Part shown: one piece after another, positions 1 to 9,304 of the stretch
Layout of the letters: every line of letters starts with the position of its first letter
Position numbering within the stretch: the first letter of the stretch is position 1
DNA from: Armatimonadota bacterium
GTDB lineage: Bacteria; Armatimonadota; HRBIN16
DNA: 64,000 bases
NCBI GenBank assembly: GCA_963677485.1
Contig: OY781964.1
Span: 3,104,001 to 3,168,000, forward strand
Direction: 5' to 3'
Notes under the pieces: generated by a model
Seen by the model: only the letters and a program-made list of their open reading frames with translations
Told to the model about the DNA's origin: nothing
Database searches by the model: none
Translations under genes and position numbers: made by a program

Positions 1-2
1 TG

Positions 3-446
3 GTGGGGAAACTGCTGTCCGCCAGCCTGTGTTCATGGATCACAGGTATGGCCAGTCTGCCCATTTCTGTGCTGCTTGCTAATGCGATCAGCCCTAACCA
101 CGTCCCTGTGCATCTGCACCCTACGGTGTGGTTTACCGCCCCCATCCTGGCTTTGAGCATGGCTTTTATGGTGGCCGGTTACAACTCCATTATTGTGGTG
201 AAAGCGGTCACGGTCAAGCAAGCTACCCAATCCGCCAGCTATGGCTCGATATTTATGATCATCATCCCGCTGCTCGCGATGCGGTTCTTGCCGCAGCATA
301 CCTTGCAGCAGTTCATGGCCTCTTTGGGGAAACTGCATCCTGTGCCGGTGCTTCTCTCCGCTTCGGCCATCGCGGTGGTGGTTGGGATGATCTGCAGCGC
401 GTTTGGTTTGATGCGGTTCAGCGGTCTGCGCAAAGACGGCGCGTGA
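3..446 (+). CDS. Membrane protein, ABC-2-type permease-like (5' truncated by window edge)
   Basis: Several hydrophobic helices and an 'VVGKLLSA' segment typical of ABC-2 permease C-halves; frame is open at the window start. Confidence 0.5.
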   Translation: MGKLLSASLCSWITGMASLPISVLLANAISPNHVPVHLHPTVWFTAPILALSMAFMVAGYNSIIVVKAVTVKQATQSASYGSIFMIIIPLLAMRFLPQHTLQQFMASLGKLHPVPVLLSASAIAVVVGMICSAFGLMRFSGLRKDGA

Positions 447-482
447 CGGGGGGCTGGCCAAGTCGCAGGTGATCAGCCACAG

Positions 483-676
483 TGCCGCGGGTTTAGTCAC
501 CCCATGAATGGGGTTCCCTCACCGCGCGTCTATGTATATGCAGCCCGCAAGCGGGCGCGGGGTGCACTCCGCCAGCGCCCGCAGGAGCGAAGCGACGCGG
601 GCAGCCATACGATCAGCGACGGGTGATGGAGCCCCCTGGGGCGATGGAACCCGTCGACGTGGGGCTTGTTGCCTAC
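483..676 (+). repeat. ~190-bp structured dispersed repeat, copy A
   Basis: tgccgcgggtttagtcacccc...gagcgaagcgacgcgggcagc...ccccctggggcgatggaacccgtcgac recurs at 741, 8491, 8709, 16492, 50927 and 51082. Confidence 0.9.
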
Positions 677-740
677 GTTCCTTGGTGCACGGAATTGTCC
701 TTAAAGACCGCTGGCATATATCGCATGCTACCGTCCACGC

Positions 741-947
741 TGCCGCGGGTTTAGTCACCCCATGGGACTGCGTCCCTGAATGGGGTTCCCTCACCGCGCG
801 TCTAGGTATTTGCAGCCCGCCAGCGGGCGCAGGGAGCCCGCCGCTAGCGCCCGCAGGAGCGAAGTGACGCGGGCAGCAATCTGATCAGCGACGGGTGATG
901 GAGCCCCCTGGGGCGATGGAACCCGTCGACGCGGGCTTGTTGCCTAC
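741..947 (+). repeat. ~190-bp structured dispersed repeat, copy B
   Basis: Head-to-tail tandem with copy A; carries an extra gggactgcgtccc hairpin insert. Confidence 0.9.
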
Positions 948-1130
948 CTCGCAGGCTAATCAGCCACGGTGCGCTGGTTTAGTCACCTCACGCCACTTCG
1001 GTTACAATACCCATCCGCGTTTATCCGCGTTTATCCGTGGATAAAATGAACCCCATCACAGGACGGGTAGGATGAGTATGACGAGTAGGACATGTTTGCT
1101 TGGCGCCTCCCCTCCTGACTCCTTGTCTCC

Positions 1131-1580
1131 TCACTCCTGTCTCCTCGATTCAAACCAGATGGTAAACGGCCCGTCGTTGCACAGCTCCACCAACATGTGC
1201 GCGCCGAACTGTCCGGTCTGCACCGGCACGCCTTGCTGGCGCAGCAGCTCCGCGGTTAGCAGATACAGCCGTTTCCCCTCTTCAGGGCTCGAGGCCTCGC
1301 TGAAACCCGGCCGTCGGCCCTTGCGCACATCACCATATAGTGTGAACTGGCTGACCAGCAGCAGCTCTCCCCCCACATCCCCCAGGCAGAGGTTGGTTTT
1401 GCCGTTCTCATCCTCAAACAGGCGCAGGTTGATGATCTTCTGAGCAATGATCTGGGCGTCGGCATCGGTGTCGCCCTGCCCCACGCCGACGAACACCAGG
1501 TAGCCCTTGTCAATCGAGGCGATGCATTGCCCGTCTACATTGACCGAGGCACGAGTGGTCCGCTGTATGAGTATGCGCAT
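1131..1580 (-). CDS. dtd: D-aminoacyl-tRNA deacylase
   Basis: MRILIQR start with GGAGG RBS; SQFTLYG, GRRPGF and NDGPFT motifs. Confidence 0.96.
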   Translation of the reverse strand: MRILIQRTTRASVNVDGQCIASIDKGYLVFVGVGQGDTDADAQIIAQKIINLRLFEDENGKTNLCLGDVGGELLLVSQFTLYGDVRKGRRPGFSEASSPEEGKRLYLLTAELLRQQGVPVQTGQFGAHMLVELCNDGPFTIWFESRRQE

Positions 1581-1635
1581 GATGAGTCCTCCAAAACAGT
1601 CGTGGTATTCCAAGGGACAATCTACCATAGATGCA
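1558..1635. repeat. Direct repeat, left copy (dtd 5' end plus upstream region)
   Basis: Matches 3106-3186: 29 of the first 30 nt are identical and both end in aatctaccatagatgca. Confidence 0.85.
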
Positions 1636-2003
1636 ATATGGGTGCGAACTCGCGCTGTGTAACATGCGGTTTCCTAGTTGGATGCCATACGGTCGGCACA
1701 AGCATACGATGGGGTTGAGATTTGTGATTCGTTTTTGAATTCAATGCTAATACAACTCCAATGTAACAATCACCCCCTTGACATCAGTATGGGTATAAAG
1801 TAAGGTTATATCAGTCTGGCATAAAAACGGATGCAACGTCGGTGGCAACCCCGCGAAGGGCGTGTAGTTCATAGTGATGATCACGTGGAACAATTGGATC
1901 CTGCCGTCAACCTTCTACGTGTGCAGGACAGGCGACGGGCAGTGCAGTATTCGGGACAAGGTAACTGTTATAGAGCAGGAAGAGCGTATTTGGGAGGTTT
2001 GGT

Positions 2004-3026
2004 ATGGTAATGGGAAATCACAGTCTTATCCGTCTATATGTTGTTTCGATTATAGTAGTTGCCCTGACTATTGGTGCTAGTCCGAGCGCACAGTGCAGAT
2101 TCCGCCCACCAGATACTGGAGTGTTGATACAAGAAGCATCAGTGGTGGCTGTGATTCGTGTCCAATGGATTAGACCAATCGAAAAACGAGGAAGTAAGGA
2201 ATACGGGGAGGGTTATGTAACAGCCAAAGTCCTTGAGACACTCAAGGGGAGTCTGTCATCTGATAGCGTTGTCATTAGAACAGATTCGCATATGGAGACA
2301 GGTGATATTGCGGCTTACCGCCCCGAACATACCTACCTGATTTTCCTTGTTCGCGATGGGGCTGTATACCATGCGATGTACGGCCACTTCGGCGTGTTTC
2401 CAATAGATGAGCAGTGCAAAGTGAACCTCTGGAACAAGCCAGGAGCAAGGCGATCCTATCCTGACTTTTCACACAAGGTAGATTATAAGGATGTTAGGAA
2501 ACAGATCGTGGACAACCTAAAGAAACATGGTGAGTATCAGCCTGCCAAAAATGCACTCGTGTACAACTGTATTCCCGCTCATATCGACCCGAATATGGTT
2601 GGACCTAGCATGAGGACTATTGTGCAGCAATCTAGCCTCATCGCGGTGGTTGAAACACGATGGGTGACACCGGCTGATCAGCCAACAAACAAGAAAGCGA
2701 GACTCCACAGTCGCGTGGATGTTAATATCCTCGAAGTGCTGAAGGGCAATGGTAGTGCCAAGAGCATTGTGATTGGCACCATACTTGAGCCAAAGTTCGG
2801 CGACGCAGGGGCGTTTAGTCCCATGCGCAGGCAGTTGGTTTTCCTCAAGCAAGATGGCAGGCTGTATCGTTCCGTTCACGGCCGATGCGGTGTCTTCGAC
2901 ATGGATGGCCCCTATGTGATTGGATGGACAAAGCGCGGGGGGGCCTGTTGTCCGAGGCCGACAAGCAGTGTTAGTCTACAGAATGTGAAAAAAGTGATAT
3001 CTTCATATCTGTCCTTCATGAACTAA
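2004..3026 (+). CDS. Secreted hypothetical protein with two tandem TIMP/NTR-like (OB-fold) domains
   Basis: Signal peptide; internal duplication (VLETLKG...YLIFL...GHFGVF vs ILEVLKG...QLVFL...GRCGVF); GGAGG RBS. Confidence 0.75.
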   Translation: MVMGNHSLIRLYVVSIIVVALTIGASPSAQCRFRPPDTGVLIQEASVVAVIRVQWIRPIEKRGSKEYGEGYVTAKVLETLKGSLSSDSVVIRTDSHMETGDIAAYRPEHTYLIFLVRDGAVYHAMYGHFGVFPIDEQCKVNLWNKPGARRSYPDFSHKVDYKDVRKQIVDNLKKHGEYQPAKNALVYNCIPAHIDPNMVGPSMRTIVQQSSLIAVVETRWVTPADQPTNKKARLHSRVDVNILEVLKGNGSAKSIVIGTILEPKFGDAGAFSPMRRQLVFLKQDGRLYRSVHGRCGVFDMDGPYVIGWTKRGGACCPRPTSSVSLQNVKKVISSYLSFMN

Positions 3027-3105
3027 TCCCCTGGTTGGCAGCAACAGATAAGCTTGCTGCTGCCATAAGTGGTGAAGGTGAAGCCATGACTAAGATTACA
3101 CAATA

Positions 3106-3186
3106 GTCCGCTGGATGAGTATGCGCATGATGAGTTTTTCAAAACTGTAGCGGGGTTGCTCAATTGGATAATCTACCATAGATGCA
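3106..3186. repeat. Direct repeat, right copy (decayed dtd start, MRILIQRTIV*)
   Basis: Degenerate copy of 1558-1635; the RBS is lost (tcctcc changed to tttttc). Confidence 0.85.
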
Positions 3187-3308
3187 CGAAACAGGGCTTC
3201 TCCGCTGGCACGAAGGAGCCTTGTCACTCAGCTTGGCGTATACACACTCATGCATACTGCCTCTGGAGCGGGTGGGCGATGCTCCAGATCAATTCATTTG
3301 TAGCGGGG

Positions 3309-4625
3309 TTAAGCCGATTGGCTTGCGGTTATCGCCTGGTCGAGATCGGCGATAATGTCGGCCACATTCTCCAGACCGATGCTCAGCCGCACATAGTCTG
3401 GGGTCACACCAGCGGAGATCTGCTCCTCTGGCGACAACTGCCCGTGCGTGGTGCTTGCGGGATGGATGATCAGGCTTTTCGCATCACCGATGTTCGCCAG
3501 ATGCGAGAAGAGCTTCACGGACTTTATCAGCTTCACGCCCGCTTCGGCTCCGCCCTTGATGCCAAATCCAATGATTGCACCTTGTCCGTTGGGTAGGTAT
3601 TTCTTCGCTCGCACGTAGTCGGGATGGCTGGAAAGCCCAGGGTAATTCACCCATGCGACGGAGGGATGGGCCTCCAGCCAGCGGGCCACCTGCAGCGCAT
3701 TCTTGCAGTGTTCTCGTATTCGCAGGGGGAGGGTCTCCAGTCCCTGGGTGAACAGGAAGCTGTTGAATGGCGAGACGGTCGCGCCGATGTCGCGAAGGAG
3801 CTGCACACGCGCTTTCAGCACATAGGCGATTCCGGGCACGACCGCCTGGTCGTGCAGACCAAACGCCGACCAATAGTTCACGCCATGATAACTGGGGTCT
3901 GGGCCATCGATCTCCGGGAACTTGCCATTACCCCAGTTGAATTTTCCGCTGTCCACAATGGCGCCGCCGATGCTGGTACCGTGGCCGCCAATGAACTTGG
4001 TGAGCGAATAAACTGCGATGTCCGCGCCAAAATCAAACGGGTTGAAGATGGGCGGGGGTGCTACGGTGTTATCTACCACCAGTGGGATGCCGTGTTTATG
4101 CGCCACGGCGGCCAGTGCCTCAAAATCATCCACGTTGTTCTTGGGGTTGCCGATGGACTCGGTATACACCAGCCGCGTGTTGTCATCAATGGCGGCGTCA
4201 ACCGCATCGATGTCAGCGGAATTCACAAACTTCACAGTGATTCCCAGTTTGGGCAGCGTGTAGTGGAACAGGTTGTAGGTTCCACCATAAAGGTAGCTGG
4301 TGGACACGATGTTCTGTCCCGCCTGGGTGATGTTCAACACCGAGAATGTGATGGCGGCGGCTCCCGATGACAGGGCAAGAGCACCACTGCCGCCGTGCAA
4401 CTGCGCCAGCCGCTGCTCCAGCACATCGGTGGTCGGGTTCATTATGCGGGTGTATATGTTACCGAATTCCTTCAGACCGAACAGATTGGCGGCGTGCTCT
4501 GGGCTATTGAACACATATGATGTGGTCTGGTAAATAGGCACGGCCCTGGAGTTCGTGGTGGGGTCTGGCGTCTGCCCGCCATGTAAGGCGATGGTCTCGA
4601 TACCTTGGTTCGTAGTCTGGCTCAT
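3309..4625 (-). CDS. metY: O-acetylhomoserine/O-acetylserine sulfhydrylase
   Basis: [24 protein letters not shown] lysine motif [10 protein letters not shown] and [11 protein letters not shown]; AGGAGG RBS before MSQTT. Confidence 0.95.
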   Translation of the reverse strand: MSQTTNQGIETIALHGGQTPDPTTNSRAVPIYQTTSYVFNSPEHAANLFGLKEFGNIYTRIMNPTTDVLEQRLAQLHGGSGALALSSGAAAITFSVLNITQAGQNIVSTSYLYGGTYNLFHYTLPKLGITVKFVNSADIDAVDAAIDDNTRLVYTESIGNPKNNVDDFEALAAVAHKHGIPLVVDNTVAPPPIFNPFDFGADIAVYSLTKFIGGHGTSIGGAIVDSGKFNWGNGKFPEIDGPDPSYHGVNYWSAFGLHDQAVVPGIAYVLKARVQLLRDIGATVSPFNSFLFTQGLETLPLRIREHCKNALQVARWLEAHPSVAWVNYPGLSSHPDYVRAKKYLPNGQGAIIGFGIKGGAEAGVKLIKSVKLFSHLANIGDAKSLIIHPASTTHGQLSPEEQISAGVTPDYVRLSIGLENVADIIADLDQAITASQSA

Positions 4626-4694
4626 TTCGGGTTCCTCCTGAAGGTTATCACATATACACCCGGTCAATACAGTGTTTTCCGACCGGCATAGTAA

Positions 4695-4723
4695 AGTATC
4701 CATTATTTTAAGACGCATGTCAA
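4695..4723 (-). promoter_or_regulatory. Putative sigma70 promoter of metY
   Basis: TTGACA-17 nt-GATACT on the minus strand. Confidence 0.55.
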
Positions 4724-4822
4724 GCCGTATTGCGCATAATATTGCGATTCTATGGTATTTTTATGTCACGACTGCGATACCGGACTGTATTGCCTGCATT
4801 GGCTGTTTCTACGGGCGGCTGC

Positions 4823-4911
4823 CTGGGAACGCCAATCTCCCGATTGGCATTTCCGTCCCCATCCTTCCCATCTTCCGCATCCGTGACATCCGCGTGATCC
4901 GTGGTTCAGAC
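4823..4911 (+). repeat. Composite intergenic repeat (gggaacgccaat...attggc palindrome plus 9-nt periodic catccgcgt run ending ggttcagac)
   Basis: Near copy at 59431-59509; partial copies at 16821-16863 (reverse) and 19010-19032. Confidence 0.75.
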
Positions 4912-5010
4912 CATCTGTGCAACCATCCAAACCCCATCGCCTGCTCCGTTAGCCGGCATATCAAGGGAAACAGTATAATGTAATGTGTGAATTACCGGAG
5001 GTTGTAAATA

Positions 5011-6072
5011 GTGATATCCCGTCTACAAGAGGTAGAGACCCACTTTCTGGAAGTCGAAAAGGCCCTTAGCGACCCTAATGTGTCCAGTGACCCATCTGAG
5101 CTGCAGCGTTTAGGCAAACTCCATTCGGAGCTAAGCCCCATCATTGAGGCCTATCGCACGCTGCGTGACACGATGCAAGGCATCGCAGACGCAGAAGCGA
5201 TGTTGGCTGACCCTGAGCTGCACGACATGGCCCAGGAAGAGCTAAATGAACTGCGCAGCCGTGTAGATGACCAACAAAAACACCTCACTCTGATGCTCCT
5301 GCCCACCGACCCCAACGATGATAAAAATGTCATTCTTGAAATACGCGCCGGCACAGGGGGCGAAGAGGCGGCCCTGTTTGCTGGCGACCTTCTGCGCATG
5401 TATATGCGGTATGCCGACCGCAGGCATTGGAAGTATGACCTTCTGAGCGTAGATGAGACAGGTATTGGCGGATATAAAGAGGCAGTCTTGAACATACAGG
5501 GTCAGGCAGCCTATTCGCAGTTGAAATTCGAATCCGGCACCCATCGCGTGCAGCGAGTGCCAGCCACAGAGACCAGCGGCCGTATCCACACCTCAGCAGC
5601 CACGGTGGCCGTCTTACCTGAAGCCGATGTGGTTAGTGTAGATATTAAACAAGAAGATTTGCATATCGAAACATATCGATCCAGCGGTGCTGGCGGACAG
5701 AACGTGCAGAAGAACGAAACCGCCATCCGCATCACGCACCGGCCCACGGGTATGGTGGTCACCTGCCAGGATGAGCGCAGCCAAGGTCAGAATAAGCTGA
5801 AGGCTATGATCATCATCGCCTCCCGTTTGCAGGAGCAGGCCGAAGCCGCCGCTAGCGCCGACCGCACTGCCGACCGCAAGTCACAGATCGGCTCGGGCGA
5901 CAGAAGCGACAAGATCCGCACCTATAACTACCCCCAGGGACGCATCACCGACCATCGTATCGGGTTTTCGTCCTACAACCTGGCAGGGGTGATGGATGGA
6001 GACATCCAGGAGTTTATTGACGCACTCATCGCAGACGATCAAGCAAAGAAGCTGCAATCGACGGAAGATTAG
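5011..6072 (+). CDS. prfA: Peptide chain release factor 1
   Basis: GGQ motif (GAGGQNV), RF1 PxT motif (RVPATE), EIRAGTGGEEA. Confidence 0.97.
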   Translation: MISRLQEVETHFLEVEKALSDPNVSSDPSELQRLGKLHSELSPIIEAYRTLRDTMQGIADAEAMLADPELHDMAQEELNELRSRVDDQQKHLTLMLLPTDPNDDKNVILEIRAGTGGEEAALFAGDLLRMYMRYADRRHWKYDLLSVDETGIGGYKEAVLNIQGQAAYSQLKFESGTHRVQRVPATETSGRIHTSAATVAVLPEADVVSVDIKQEDLHIETYRSSGAGGQNVQKNETAIRITHRPTGMVVTCQDERSQGQNKLKAMIIIASRLQEQAEAAASADRTADRKSQIGSGDRSDKIRTYNYPQGRITDHRIGFSSYNLAGVMDGDIQEFIDALIADDQAKKLQSTED

Positions 6073-6118
6073 TGCATTCAGGAATCGCAAACGGAAAATA
6101 TAAGACATAGAGGTAACC

Positions 6119-6637
6119 GTGAGCATCTACAGCATCATGCACTCATTACAGGCACAAGCCGGTATCATCGCACTCTGCGCGGTGCTCATAGCCTTGATCT
6201 GTCTCATCATGGCCATTCTAGCGTCTCTCAGGCTGCGGGCTCTGGAAGCGCGATGGAAAATGGCCTTCCGTAACTCGGCTGGCAACTCCATAGAGGAGGC
6301 CATCAGCAGCAGGCTTGTTGTGGTAGAGGGTATGGATCAGCGAGTTAAATCTCTGGAATCCCACGCTTTCCAATCCGACGCGCAGATGGCTTTGTGTCAT
6401 CAACGCATTGGAGTGGTGAGGTACGATGCCTACGACGACCTTGGGGGACAGCAGAGCCTCTCTTTGGCGATCATGGACAACGCCGATAACGGCATTGTCA
6501 TCACCAGTGTTTTAGGCCGGCAAAGCCAGCGAACCTATGCCAAGAAGATCGTGAAAGGCCGCAGCGATTCCCCCCTCTCACCGGAAGAAAAGCAGGCAAT
6601 TGTCGATGCATTTGGTCAATCGAGCAACGCCAAATGA
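6119..6637 (+). CDS. DUF4446-family membrane-anchored protein
   Basis: N-terminal TM; RYDAYDDLGGQQS...RTYAK...LSPEE signature. Confidence 0.8.
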   Translation: MSIYSIMHSLQAQAGIIALCAVLIALICLIMAILASLRLRALEARWKMAFRNSAGNSIEEAISSRLVVVEGMDQRVKSLESHAFQSDAQMALCHQRIGVVRYDAYDDLGGQQSLSLAIMDNADNGIVITSVLGRQSQRTYAKKIVKGRSDSPLSPEEKQAIVDAFGQSSNAK

Positions 6638-7218
6638 GCGGAGAAATCGCAGATATAGAGTTAGTCAAGAGGGCTCAAGCCAGAGACCGCGACGCGTTTG
6701 ATCTGTTGGTCAGGCGCTACGAAAACTACGCATATAATCTGTGTTACCGCCTGACAGGAAATGCCGCTGACGCCTCTGATGTGCTTACCGATGGGTTCAC
6801 CAGGGCCTGGAACGGTTTGGTCAACTTCCGTGGCGACGCGAACTTCCGCACCTGGATGCACCGCATCATGGTGAACACCTTCCTCGACTTCCGCAAAAAG
6901 GCCATGGCTCGTCCCAGTTACTCGCTGGATCAGGCCATCGAGATGACCGACCAGAACCTGCAGCGCCAGATACAGGATGACGGCCCCGGTCCTGCTGATA
7001 TTTTAGAGACGAAAGAGCTTCAAAATGAGCTGCAAAAAGCCCTCATGAAACTCCCAGACGACCGTCGAATGTTGCTGGTTCTGTTCCACTTTGAGGAACA
7101 CAGTTACGAAGAGATCAGCGAAATTCTGGGCCTGCCTGTGGGCACGGTAAAGAGCCGTCTGAACCGAGCCCGGCTCAGTTTGCGTGAAATACTGACCAAG
7201 ATGCGGGAACTGTCTTAA
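6634..7218 (+). CDS. ECF RNA polymerase sigma factor (SigW/RpoE-like)
   Basis: Region 2 (FRGDANFRTWMHRI) and region 4 (SYEEISEILGLPVGTVKSRLNRAR). Confidence 0.93.
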   Translation: MSGEIADIELVKRAQARDRDAFDLLVRRYENYAYNLCYRLTGNAADASDVLTDGFTRAWNGLVNFRGDANFRTWMHRIMVNTFLDFRKKAMARPSYSLDQAIEMTDQNLQRQIQDDGPGPADILETKELQNELQKALMKLPDDRRMLLVLFHFEEHSYEEISEILGLPVGTVKSRLNRARLSLREILTKMRELS

Positions 7219-7234
7219 CGGGCAGGGCGTCTAA
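7206..7234 (+). promoter_or_regulatory. Putative ECF-dependent promoter for the anti-sigma gene
   Basis: GGAAC-17 nt-CGTCTAA overlapping the sigma stop codon. Confidence 0.6.
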
Positions 7235-7278
7235 ATTGTGTTTCAGGTCAGGGTTAGCCCTGCGGAAGGCGGCACATA

Positions 7279-8187
7279 ATGCATTGCGATCAGTTTGAAG
7301 AACTCCTCTCCGAGTATATGGACGGCAGCTTGGCGCAAGCACTCAAGCTTAACATGGATTCCCATCGCAGTGGGTGTTCCGCTTGCTCGCGTCTCGTCGC
7401 CGAGATGCAACTGATCTACACGGCAATGGACACCATGCCCGCTCTAGACACCCCACCATGGATGCATGAACGCATCATGGCACGCGTTGAAGCGGAAGGC
7501 ACCAACAACCGCAAGCGGTCATGGTTGAGTAACCCGTGGCAATGGGTGGGTGCAGTGGCTGCGGTCGCAGCCGTTGTCACCATGGCAGTGATCATCCCTT
7601 CTGCTAACAAATCCCAGGTTCAGATGAGCCTGCTGAGTAAGCAGACAGATGCTATTACAAACCAACAGACGGATCTGTCGATTGTAGTTGAGCAAGCGAC
7701 ATCCGGTGGTAATCCGCTGGGATGGGTCTTGCGCCTAAGCCCGAAGAGCGTCATGCAGGCCGAAGTCCGTATTGTCACGTTCGATCATAGTCTGCCGATA
7801 GAGAGCAGCTACTGGAAAGGACTGGCCAACGGACAGCCGATTTCCTTGCCTGCTCAAGCATCGTCAACCGAAGCCCAGGCCTTATATGCAGAAGTGCTTT
7901 GGAGTGACCAAACGAGAACATCGATCTGGCTGCCGCAGCAGCTGCTGCCAGATGGTCACCTCGCCAAACTGCAAAATGCGGATATCGGCGTCGGACAGGC
8001 TCTGAGCACTATCAGTGCCACATGGGGTGTGAAGATTGTTCTTAAAGGCCATGTGCAGCCTGACGTGCACCTGAACTTGAATGCCCGGGCCGCTTCTGTA
8101 GACCAGGTAATGAGTTCCATGGCGGATATGCTTGGGTTGAAGCTCTCACGCCCCGCTATGGACACATTTGTGTTATCACAAGAGTAA
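7279..8187 (+). CDS. Zinc-binding (ZAS, zf-HC2) transmembrane anti-sigma factor
   Basis: HRSGCSAC (HxxxCxxC) motif, single TM, extracytoplasmic C-terminus; directly follows the ECF sigma gene. Confidence 0.88.
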   Translation: MHCDQFEELLSEYMDGSLAQALKLNMDSHRSGCSACSRLVAEMQLIYTAMDTMPALDTPPWMHERIMARVEAEGTNNRKRSWLSNPWQWVGAVAAVAAVVTMAVIIPSANKSQVQMSLLSKQTDAITNQQTDLSIVVEQATSGGNPLGWVLRLSPKSVMQAEVRIVTFDHSLPIESSYWKGLANGQPISLPAQASSTEAQALYAEVLWSDQTRTSIWLPQQLLPDGHLAKLQNADIGVGQALSTISATWGVKIVLKGHVQPDVHLNLNARAASVDQVMSSMADMLGLKLSRPAMDTFVLSQE

Positions 8188-8210
8188 CTCGGACACCGGG
8201 CCATTTCGCC

Positions 8211-8244
8211 AACCGCAGCATGATCAAACATGCTGCGGTTTTTT
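8211..8244 (+). terminator. Rho-independent terminator
   Basis: aaccgcagcatg-loop-catgctgcggtt followed by a T run. Confidence 0.85.
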
Positions 8245-8258
8245 GTTTGGCGGATGAT

Positions 8259-8399
8259 CCTTGTGGTCATCCGCGGCGTTGGTTGGATACATATCCGGTT
8301 CGTGGGGCGGGGTAACCGGCTGGTTCCCACGCAGGTTTTCGGATGACCACAAGGGTCACCCCTGCGTTCCGCGTATTAAAACGGGTTCTGCGACGGTTG
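8259..8399. repeat. REPIN-like element, copy 1
   Basis: Inverted arms ccttgtggtcatccg / cggatgaccacaagg; direct copy at 8962-9103. Confidence 0.8.
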
Positions 8400-8490
8400 C
8401 GGCCGCCCTCCCCATACGCCGGCCGGTATCCTGCGACCAACGCCACCGATCTTTCAGAGCAATTCCATGCGCCAAGGTAAGAAGTTGACC

Positions 8491-8673
8491 AGCCCGCGTC
8501 GACGGGTTCCATCGCCCCAGGGGGCTCCATCACCCGTCGCTGATCAGATGGCTGCCCGCGTCGCTTCGCTCCTGCGGGCGCTGGCGGAGGGCACCCCGCG
8601 CCCGTTTGCGGGCTGCGAATAGCTAGACGCGCGGTGAGGGAACCCCGTTTACGGGGTGACTAAACCCGCGGCA
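8491..8673 (-). repeat. ~190-bp structured repeat, copy C
   Basis: Reverse complement of copy A. Confidence 0.9.
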
Positions 8674-8708
8674 GGGCGGCCGGTAACCTGCGACCAACGC
8701 CACCAGCA

Positions 8709-8901
8709 CGCGTCGACGGGTTCCATCGCCCCAGGGGGCTCTATCACCCGTCGCTGATCAGATGGCTGCCCGCGTCGCTTCGCTCCAGCGGGCGCTGGCG
8801 GAGGGCACCCCGCGCCCGCTTGCGGGTTGCAAATAGCTAGACGCGCGGTGAGGGAACCCCGTTCAGGGGCGCAGTCCCATGGGGTGACTAAACCCGCGGC
8901 A
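8709..8901 (-). repeat. ~190-bp structured repeat, copy D
   Basis: Tandem with copy C; long variant with the hairpin insert. Confidence 0.9.
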
Positions 8902-8961
8902 GGGAGGCCGATTAGCCTCGATATGCGCTACATCACCAAGTGTGATACCGCTGTGAAACAC

Positions 8962-9103
8962 CCCTGTGGTCATCCGCGGTGTCGGTTGGGTACATTCCGG
9001 TTCGTGGGACGGGGTAACCGGTTGGTTCCAAGCGAGGTTTGCGGATGACCACAAGGGGCATCCCTACGAATTCCGTGTATTAAAACGGCATCTGCGACGG
9101 TTG
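8962..9103. repeat. REPIN-like element, copy 2
   Basis: Diverged direct repeat of 8259-8399; right arm ends ccctac (GTAG-type REP). Confidence 0.8.
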
Positions 9104-9304
9104 ATCGCTTACGGAATGGGTGCCTTAACCCGCGGCAGGGTGGCCGGTAACCTGCGACCAACGCCACCAGCACGCGTCGACGGGCACACAACCTGGTAAA
9201 AATCAGGTATCATATTACAAATACCTGTATGCGGGTAACCTTGGACGGCCGCATCGCGGGTATTGAGTTCCCGATGAAAATATTGAATTGGAGGTCTTTC
9301 AGTA

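Noticed and set aside
508-867. ORFs inside the 190-bp repeats (also 8267-8533, 16502-16813, 50992-51369)
   Set aside because: GC-rich repeat-derived frames with no RBS and inconsistent frames between copies.
1831-2010. 59-codon ORF or c-di-GMP riboswitch upstream of the island gene
   Set aside because: No RBS, no recognisable motifs, and only superficial similarity to the GEMM consensus.
4626-4820. SAM riboswitch or T-box upstream of metY
   Set aside because: No SAM-I core or T-box motif is visible, and the leader after the predicted promoter is too short. A weak Rrf2-like site near 4675-4698 is too degenerate to call.
483-9184. Long repeats with variable linkers read as a CRISPR array
   Set aside because: Units are ~190 bp, occur as dimers only, have related linkers, and there are no cas genes.
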